Part shown: in pieces, positions 53,995-64,000 of the stretch
Numbering within the stretch: the first letter of the stretch is position 1
Layout: each line of letters opens with the position of its first letter
Assembly: GCF_009914755.1 (NCBI RefSeq)
Contig: NC_060937.1
Direction: 5' to 3' (one strand)
Origin: the human T2T-CHM13v2.0 reference genome, Homo sapiens
Length of the DNA: 64,000 bases
Notes under the pieces: model-generated
Databases searched by the model: none
What the model saw: the letters and a program-made list of their open reading frames with translations, nothing else
Told to the model about the DNA's origin: nothing
Made by a program: the position numbers and the translations under genes

Positions 53995-56054
53995 GTAAGT
54001 CAAAGCCACTGTGACTGGCGTCTGATCAGGAAGGGACTCTGCTGCGGCTGTGGATCTGACCTGGGTATCAGATGGTGATGCTTTGTAAATAGTGTGCCTC
54101 ATAGGGGTCTGTTCTTAGTTAAAAGGAGCCTGCTTGGTGATTCCTTTTGTGTCATGAGTTACTATCCCAAAATTTATTTGTTCGAAAATGTTTAGTGAAA
54201 CAAGCAAATTGTGCCACTTATCCACTATCCCCTCCCTCTTTTTTTCTTTAAGCTTTGGCTAACAGGTTGGGCTGAACAGCTTAGATTTGCTGTGTTCATA
54301 GAAGCACATATAGACTAATAAAGGAGAAAAGTATACAAATGAGTATCACTGATTTTTTTCACTAAAACAACTAGTATATCTAGGTGTACCTTTTCTTACA
54401 TATGAGAAGTCATACTTACATTGTATCAATTTAATATTTATAAAAATACACTGTTTCAAGTAAACAAAGATCTCATTATTTTGGAGACCTGGAAAGTTAC
54501 TTTTGTAATATCATTAGTCACAATCTCTTGTGTTCTTGCATTCTAGAAGTAAAATAAAGTTCAGTGAAACAAAAGGCTCACGGCCACAGAGTAAGGCTGA
54601 GATGGGACTGGATGGCTTAGAAAGCAGCTGGCAGGGTCAGCAGGGACCAGAGCTGGCCTCCTCGGGAATGCCACAGTCTCGTCTGGGATATACAGTGATT
54701 CCCCACGGTCTAGCAATGTGAAAAAGTTTTGAGGTGAAGCACAGTAGAGTTACGTGGACAACCTTAATGTGGGGTTGGGTAGTCTCAGCCCCCAGTAAAA
54801 GATTAACTTAGACCTTGTCAGACACAGTTCTCTCTTGAGTATGTGAAGCCCTGTATGTATGTGTGTTTTAAGTGTGTTTTAATTTCTGTGAATTTTGTCA
54901 AGTTCTTTCTTCCCCTTTACTAAAGGAGGTAGGATTAGGGCCATCATACGGATTTTAATGCATACAAAATACAGTCAGCCCTTTGCCTGCCACACCAGCC
55001 TTACTTCATGCCACACTCCCCCTTTCTCACCATTTCAGCCACACAGGCTTTCTGTCGGTTCCTCGGACAGGCTGCCTGCTTTCCCACACCCTGCTCCCAT
55101 CTGCACTCCACTCACTAATGCCTCCCCATCCTTCAGGTCTCCCAGCTGCAGATCCTGTATTACTTGAATTTTGACTGAAATTATAGTAAACCCAGAATTA
55201 ATCATTTCATAACAGTCTGTTTATCAGAAACATTGTGAGTTCAAATCATGATACATATATATGATCTTATGTGTATATGTAATTTTATTATTTTCTTTTA
55301 GGGCAAGTGGCACTTAAACTTGCCTATCAACTATGTTAAAACTTTTTTAAAAATCACAGCTGTTCTGAGATCTCAGCCAGTTTCATTTCTGACTTAAACT
55401 GGGAGCAGACGTGTACTTTCATTTTTCACTCTAGCTACTTCAGTATTTGAATTCTTTAAACTGGAAAAAAAAGCAAGTTGGAGAGGGGCAAAGGAGAGTA
55501 AAACATATATTAGCAAACATGGTCTGTCAAATGGTCATAACCCTTCTACTCTTCTTAGTTGCCTCATCTGACACACGCACCTCCTAGGAACCACAGTTCC
55601 TCCTAGAAACCACAGTGCTAGAGGAAGAGTTGGCCTACTGTGGAAGTGTAAATGTGTTGCACATCAGGCTTGACGGTTCCCAGTTTTATAACAAATTCTG
55701 AAACTGACTGCAAGATAAGTGAGAATCCCGTGTGCCCTTCCTGTGCCTAGGCCCATTGATTGATACTGGCTCAGGATTTAAGGATTCTTTTGGTTGTGAG
55801 GGGAAAAGAAGAACTGATCTTGATGACTTGCCTCTGATTCTCTAGAGCAGGACTTACCTAGGGAATCCCATCCTGTATGTCTCAGATTTGGATTATTTAA
55901 TAAAGGAATATCATATTATATTTGCTAGTACCATTTTCTAGGAATGAGTACTCATTGCTGTCTGACAGTTTGGCAAATATCAGACTTGTAATATGGATAT
56001 TTGGTTTGCTTTAAAGAAAATCTGTATTTATACAACTTTTGTTTTCTTCTATAG

Positions 56055-56112
56055 CCTTTGGAGGTGAGAAGTGGAAAACAAATGTTTTATTAACATCATT
56101 TCTTTGTCCTGG
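56055..56112 (+). CDS. TM9SF2: TM9SF2 exon 12, 58 nt
   Basis: ctatag|CC; FGGEKWKTNVLLTSFLCP(G); GG|gtaagt. Confidence 0.96.
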
Positions 56113-57519
56113 GTAAGTGAATTTTTCAAGAATTACTTTCTTAACATAGTTACATGTTAGTCCCCAAATTTTCAGTCGTTGAGTCTTTAATCCTCCGTGT
56201 CTCTAAATCATGTACCTAAGAAAGTAAATTTAATTTTTGAAAAGGGGTAAAATAAATATTTTATAAACGTTTGCCAAATGATTACCACATGTCTTATCTG
56301 GGGAAAGTACCTTTAGACATGAGAAATGTTTTAATTCCTTCTCTTCAAAGTCTTTCTGTTTCTTGGTTTTTAGTGGTCAGTCTGACATGTTGTTCTGTAG
56401 GCTGCATTTAAAGCTTTTGAGCCAGGCACAGGAAGGAATCCTGAAGATAGTTCAGGCAAGCATATGTTTTCCCATTTTTATCCAAAGCATTGCCATTTTT
56501 TAGAGTTTATTCCATTAAGTAAAGTAATATACACCAAAAATAAAAAATAAGCAGCCACCACAAATCCAAAACAAAACAAAAATCCTTCACTCTCTGGAAC
56601 TGCTTCTCCTCTCGATTATCTGATGCGGTTCTGGTCCTAGAAGCAAAACCCACTTCCTCCCAAACCTGCACATTTCTGGTGGGCAAGAACTGACACGTGA
56701 ACAGGCTACAGCAATAAAGAAAGCCAAGGATGATGAAGTCTAGAAACCAGAACTGTTCCATTTGCAGGCTAGAAATGCAAGCGTGATGGCAGCAGCATTT
56801 TAATACACATTTGGGATAAATATTCTCTCTATCACCTCCACCGAAGATTCACATTCTTCTCAGTTATCGGTTCTATTCAAATTTCTATGCTTTTCTCAAG
56901 CCATGTCCTTTGTTTTCTTTCCCTCTGTCAACTCACGAAGGTGTCCGTCCTTACCAAGACTGTGATTTCCTGCAGAATCTCCGAATCTTGCTTTTCAGGC
57001 ACCTCTCCCTCTAGTCTCACACATCTTCCATTGCTCCCTTCTCACATGTTCTGCTTATGTGGTTCTTTTATTCCTCCAAATAGGCTCATGTCTCCCCTAA
57101 AAAGGGATCATAAACATCTTCCCTTCTTATTTCCATCTCATTTCTTTTCTATTCCCAACAAAATGCCTTGAAAAAAATAGTCTCTACTCCTTTCTTCTCA
57201 TTTTCTCAGTAAACATTTGCAGTGTAAAGCCACGTCATTCGTATTTTTCTCCATCATTTTACTGAAACTTTTAAGTTTGCCAATAATGTTCCCATTTTCA
57301 AATCCAGAAACGATTTTCTCTGTATTGTCTAACATTGGAATACCTTCTTGAAACTCCTTCCTTTTTTGGCTTCATAAAAATTATCCTGTGCTGGTTCTTC
57401 TTTTATGTCTCTGATCAACCCTTCTCTGATTGATGTTCTTCATCCTACTCTTAACAGTGGGTGTTTACCAGCAGGTAAACAGAGCGTGCTAAGAACTCAA
57501 GTATTCAGGGGCAGGGGGA

Positions 57520-58980
57520 CTTGGTGTTCACCTAGGAATAGAAGGATCATTTAATAACAGGAAATCTAGTCATACAATTCTACATAAATAAACACCTGCA
57601 TATAATTACTGCAACAGATGCAGTAAAATGGCCTTTGATAATATTGAGCATTGTTTTCAGGTTTTAAAAAAAATTTATAGAGAAATATTTCCTTGTATTA
57701 AAAAGAATCTTATCTCTAATTCAGAACCAACATCACTGATAATAAAACACTAGGGACATTCTCAGTAAATCTCTTTCATGGCTTGTTGTTTAAGTTCTGT
57801 TCACAGTAAAGGAGGAAACAAAAAGGTGGATTTCATCTTATTATTTATAGATAACATTATTTGTATACAAAGAACACCAACACATTTTAACTGTAAAACT
57901 TGTAGAATTAATAAAAAGAGTTTGGCAAAATGGCTAGGTATCAACTAATATTCCAAGATCCTAAACAGCACCATTAACCAGTTAAATGTTTTAATGGTAG
58001 TGGTAGTTGTGCTGGAAGAGGGCTCTATTCACAGAAAACCCATACAGTGCCTGAAATAACCTCTCAAAGTATGCACAATCCATATGACAAGCCTACAAGA
58101 TTATTAACTCGAAAGAGATGGAAATTTGCCATGTTTCTTAATGAAAAGATCAAGCATTGTGAAGGTGTTTGGAAAGTCCAGGGGCTGCTGGGATGGAGAA
58201 TACAGAAGTAGGCCCTGTATCCATGGCAGCGTGCTAGATGTGGCACCATGAGCCAGAGGAACTGTTAGATAAGTGATGCTGGGACAGCTGATTCTCTTCA
58301 TGAAGGGAGAAAGTTGTCAGTCCTAGGTGGAGTCAAACCTAAATGCACCAGGCGTAACTACTGTGTGAAAATATGGAAGAGCATCTTCATGGTCCCAGGT
58401 TAGGGAAGGCTTTCTTCTCTTAAGCAGAGTGCACAAAGGATAAAAGGGAAAGTGGTTGCGCTTAAAAACTGTGTGGGGGAAGTACAGTGATTATTGTATG
58501 ATTACAACCATATTTTTAAAAATGTATTCAGAAGAAAGACTGAATGGAAATTAACTACACACATTTAGATGTTTGGGTTCAAAAAAAGCCACAGACTGTG
58601 ACAAGATATTTAACAAGGAATTAGTAAGTAGAATATGTAAATAACTCACATACATGACTTGGCAAGACATGCAGGTCAAATGAAAACCAAGCAGTGGATG
58701 TCAGTAGCCCGTCACAGAAGGTAAAACCAAAAAAGCCAGCAAACACCAGACGCCTGCTGCAGTTTTCAATAGAAAATACAAATTAAAACAACAGAATTGA
58801 CAATCCCAAGTGTAATGAAAACATGTAAGGAACTGACTTTCATAGGCTGCTGGGAGGAGTTTAACTCAGGCAAACCCAATCTGAAGAGCAATTGGGTAGT
58901 TTCTAGTCAAGTTTTACATTCAGACATCCTGTGATGCAGCAATTCCACTTTCTTTGTATATATATATTAGAAACATAGAA
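57520..58980 (+). mobile_element. Degraded old L1 fragments
   Basis: A-rich L1-like phrases (AAACTTGTAGAATTAATAAAAAGAGTTTGGCAAAATGGC; CAGCAATTCCACTT). Boundaries approximate. Confidence 0.55.
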
Positions 58981-59056
58981 GTTGTCATATTAATTACATA
59001 CTACTGTTGCATTTTGTTATCTCTGGTTTTACCCAAAAGCCTGTTGTGTCTTTCAG

Positions 59057-59216
59057 GATTGTATTTGCTGACTTCTTTATAATGAATCTGATCCTCTGGG
59101 GAGAAGGATCTTCAGCAGCTATTCCTTTTGGGACACTGGTTGCCATATTGGCCCTTTGGTTCTGCATATCTGTGCCTCTGACGTTTATTGGTGCATACTT
59201 TGGTTTTAAGAAGAAT
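59057..59216 (+). CDS. TM9SF2: TM9SF2 exon 13, 160 nt
   Basis: tttcag|G; IVFADFFIMNLILWGEGSSAAIPFGTLVAILALWFCISVPLTFIGAYFGFKKN; AAT|gtaagt. Confidence 0.97.
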
Positions 59217-59481
59217 GTAAGTTTATAGGTGTTAACTTATTCAGGTGAATTTTAGCTGCAGAAATTAGCATATGCCATCTCAAAAGATACCATAAAAGTG
59301 TGTAAAGATGTAAACTTGTCCTTTAGGATCTGGATTTCATAGAATATTTTTAAAATAGTAGTATTATTTAGGAGCGTGGTAGAGAGGTTACAGATCTAAA
59401 CTTAGGTTTCAAAGTTTTTTAAGTGAATAGAAGCTAATATAGATTAATTGGGAAAGAAATGCTGATATAAACTAATGAAAA

Positions 59482-59760
59482 CATTCATTCATTCATTCAT
59501 TCATTCATTTAGAGATGGAGTCTCATTCTGTCACCCAGGCTGGAGTGCAGTGGCGCCATCTCGGCTCACTGCAACCTCCACCTTCAGGGTTAAAGCGATT
59601 TTCCTGCCTCAGCCTCCCGAGTAGCTGGGATTACAGGCATGTGCCACCACACCCAGCTAATTTTTGTATTTTTAGTGGAGACAAGGTTTCATCACGTTGG
59701 TCAGGCTGGTCTTGAACTCCTGACCTCAGGTGATCCACCTGCCTGGGCCTCCCAAAGTGC
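59482..59760 (-). mobile_element. Alu with (ATTC)n tail, lacking its 5' end
   Basis: (CATT)7 followed by antisense dimer ending at CCCAAAGTGC. Confidence 0.9.
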
Positions 59761-61193
59761 ACAAAGCTTAGCTAAGTAAGCAGAGAAGAAGTCACTGTAA
59801 GAAAAGTAGCTGCAGAGTAAGAGTAGCAAATGTTTGTGGTTGATATGTAGCTTTGAAATAAATTGTATCTGCTGGAAATAAATTGTATCTGCTTCCCTGC
59901 TAATATTGGATTTTAAGGAAGATTATAATCAGGTTTCAGTCCTTCCTCCAGTTTCCCTCTCACCCTCCAGTCGGCCTTCTCTCACTTTGCTGCCCACTCC
60001 TGCCCTCAGGCTAAAAGAAAAACAAAAACGAGATCTTATTCTTCTGTCTCATCAGTATCCTTCTCTAACCGCACTTCAGTATCCCTGTCCTCTGAAAATA
60101 TCAAGTCCACAGGGTAAAAGAAAGACTGTGTGGTTAGTACACTTTGTGAGCAGGACCCGGAAGGCCCTGGCAGAAGCTGGCACTGTTCCACAGCCTCCAC
60201 TGCACTTTCATGCCTGGCTGCTGAAGGATTTTTTTAAACTTCTTCGGCATTTTGTTTAATTTATGACTTTATACCTCAGAAGTAGTGAACTGACAGGGTT
60301 TGAATTTTTTAATTACATTGATTAAACAATTACTTGAAATTCCAAAACTTTGCTGGTTTGAAGTTTATAGTATTTCTATTTAATATCAGCCTTGGAAATA
60401 AATAAAAGTTGATATACATGATTCTCTGCCTGTATACTCATGCATCTACATGTAAAATAATAATCTAGTCTGTGGAAGTATGGTCTTAATGAAAATATCA
60501 AGTTTTAAATTTTGGTTTATCATCACAAAAACTATAGAAGGATATTTTTGAACTTTCTTACAAGGAAATGACTTTCTACATCTGTACTGTCTTCCCCCCT
60601 CATGTGGCTGCTTGTGTCCTTTAGGTTCCAGTGATTTTTATACCGCCATGTAGTGTGTCATGAAAGGGAGAATAGTCGAGAACATCACCAACTCCTTATG
60701 GTCGTAAAGCTTCATACAGCCATTCATTGTTGTTTTCATGTTCTTAAGTCTTAGTAAAATTGAGCAATTTTAGTAAAGATGACATTGCGCACCTCCAAAT
60801 AAAAATACATGGACCAAAATTCCAGAACCAGCTGATTTCTTACAGTACATGTGTAATGAAAATGAAAAGCCTAACTCTACCTTTTTATTAACTATTATTT
60901 TCCAAGTATTCTCTTATCTCCTGTGTACTTTTTCCTGTGTCTAAAGCCATTAGTCAGTAGATCACTGCTGGAGACAGTATTAACTTGTTCCAGTAGACAG
61001 ACTGAGTATTGTACCTGATGGTACCTGGATGATGGCTTCCAAAGACAAATTTCAGTTTGATGTCTTAAGTAGACTTTATTGCCATTAGTGACAACATAGA
61101 AGCTGAAAAAAAGCAGGCAAATAATCTCGTGTAGAGAAGAATATTTGAGACAGATACGTAATTATGAATTCTTCCTTCCTTTTTTTACTGAAG

Positions 61194-61345
61194 GCCATTG
61201 AACACCCAGTTCGAACCAATCAGATTCCACGTCAGATTCCTGAACAGTCGTTCTACACGAAGCCCTTGCCTGGTATTATCATGGGAGGGATTTTGCCCTT
61301 TGGCTGCATCTTTATACAACTTTTCTTCATTCTGAATAGTATTTG
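61194..61345 (+). CDS. TM9SF2: TM9SF2 exon 14, 152 nt
   Basis: actgaag|GCC; AIEHPVRTNQIPRQIPEQSFYTKPLPGIIMGGILPFGCIFIQLFFILNSI(W); TG|gtaagc. Confidence 0.97.
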
Positions 61346-62425
61346 GTAAGCTAAGGATAAAGTCCTCTCATTCTCATTACCATTATATGTAATATTTCCT
61401 TTTTGTTTGTTTATATGGGTTACTATTTGTATCCTGTAAATGTAAGCAGTTCTTCAGTAACCAGAAATCTTAAAAGCCAAAAGCTTATTTTTATCTTTTC
61501 CATGTTGGAAGAAGAACAATAGTGATAACAGCTAGTATAATATGAATTCAAGGCTTGTTAATTCTTACTCTTCCTTAATTCTTACTACTTCATTCTCTGT
61601 GAGGTGAGTGTTATCCCCATTTTACAGAGCTGTAAATGAGGCTTTGTAAGTTGAGTAATTTGCTTGTGTTACACAGCAACCCTGTGACAGAAAATTCACC
61701 GAAGTTTCTCCAAACCTATGTTCCTAACTAATCTGCACTGTTCAGAGAAGATCCTCTGAGCACTTGTCGGAGGGGATTGGTGAAGGGATTGGTCTAGGTG
61801 ACCTGCAGAGTCCTTTGCAATTCTCAGATGCCTTCATTCTCCGATTGCTTGTTCACATGTAAAAACTCATAATAGTCATTTTGAGCCATTCTGTGTGTGT
61901 GTATATCTATATATAGTGTTATATCATGATTGTTATTGGATCACATTGACGTATGTTACAGGAAGTACCAAGGTTGGAGGTTACAGAAAGTTAGAACTAA
62001 ATTTGAGCTTTTTAATGATTAGAACATATCTTTGCTTCTTAATCGTTATACTAATTTTCCAAATTCAACTGGTTTTATTATATGTGATAAGAAACGGTTA
62101 CCTATTCTTAGTTGGCTCTGCCTTTTCAGTCACTTTTTATCAAATATCTCTGGCTCACCAGGAGACGAGTAGTCTAGCCATATGTAAATAAGTAGAAGTT
62201 TCAGGCCTCCCTGAGCAGGAAGGTAAAGTCCAGTGATACTGACATATCCTTCCTACTCCTCCCCTTCCCCACCCCATCACCATCCCAACCTGTGATAATT
62301 CGTCTTGTTTGGTTAGTTGAGAGAAAAAGCAAACCTTTTCAGTTCAAGAAGAATGAAAAGATTGTGTTATGTATTGTGTCAAATTGAAAATATTTATAGT
62401 TCCTTCTTGACGTGTTTGATTATAG

Positions 62426-62537
62426 GTCACACCAGATGTATTACATGTTTGGCTTCCTATTTCTGGTGTTTATCATTTTGGTTATTACCTGTTCTGAAGC
62501 AACTATACTTCTTTGCTATTTCCACCTATGTGCAGAG
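62426..62537 (+). CDS. TM9SF2: TM9SF2 exon 15, 112 nt (cumulative 1752 nt; gene continues past the window)
   Basis: ttatag|G; [37 protein letters not shown]; GAG|gtatgt. Confidence 0.97.
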
Positions 62538-63124
62538 GTATGTATTAGCAGTATTCACTTATGTTAATTTGTAGACAGTAACTTTGGCATATTGCAATTT
62601 GTATATTATTAATTAAAATAATTTCTGTAGATGTATGTTTATTATGATAGACATTGACCTGTATTCCTAAATCAAATGTAACCTTCTTTAGGATTAAGAT
62701 ATCCCAGTTCAGTATATTTAGTTGGAAATTACTATTAGAGACTTTAACTTGTTAATTTTCTGAGAATAGTATGTTGTGCTAACTTTTTACTGTTGTTTTT
62801 TAACTGACTTAAAAATTAATACTTTTGTGATACAAATATTTATATCATGCCTGAGATAAAAGAATATAAAATAATCTATTAAAAAATACAAAAAAAATTT
62901 TAGACTGAAAATTTAATAAAAGTAAACTAGTAAGAAAATTCATTAAAAAGTTTCTATAATCACATTGTAATGAGTTCTATTCATGGCAGCACCAAAATGA
63001 TAGTATCCTTATGTAATAGGTAGAATTGAATTTTAAAGATTTAGGTTGTGTTAAATCTACTATTTAATATTGTCTATATTGGAGAAAAAGCTAACTTTAT
63101 TAAACTTAGTGTGTTATTCAAAAA

Positions 63125-64000
<876 letters not shown>

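Noticed and set aside
52296-59893. Short 20-21 bp tandem duplications at ~52296-52331 and 59855-59893
   Set aside because: Ordinary slippage duplications with no evident function.

Overview
This is primate (very likely human) genomic DNA, not a prokaryotic window. It holds the 5' part of TM9SF2 on the + strand: coding exons 1-15 (ATG at 8500, last visible exon ending 62537). They splice through canonical GT-AG introns into one open frame of 584 codons, and the C-terminal exons lie beyond the window. Upstream are the TM9SF2 CpG-island promoter, a second CpG-island promoter (~5.3-5.8 kb) and a minus-strand class I ERV remnant (MER51-type LTR with an internal duplication, tRNA-Arg PBS, gag) interrupted by a solo MER11 LTR. 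The introns contain ~30 Alus, a full MaLR (MST) provirus, THE1, Tigger, hAT, L1, L2 and MIR fragments, a loop-deleted Y3 RNA retrocopy and a very short HERV-W R-region retrocopy. The most notable unexplained structures are: (1) an intact, myristoylation-type ERV matrix ORF with a splice acceptor and strong Kozak context; (2) a 20-nt poison-microexon candidate with near-ideal splice sites before exon 4; (3) a complex templated insertion (45-bp inverted repeat around an Alu piece apparently copied from 6.3 kb away). Repeat subfamily names come from memory of consensus sequences and were not computed.
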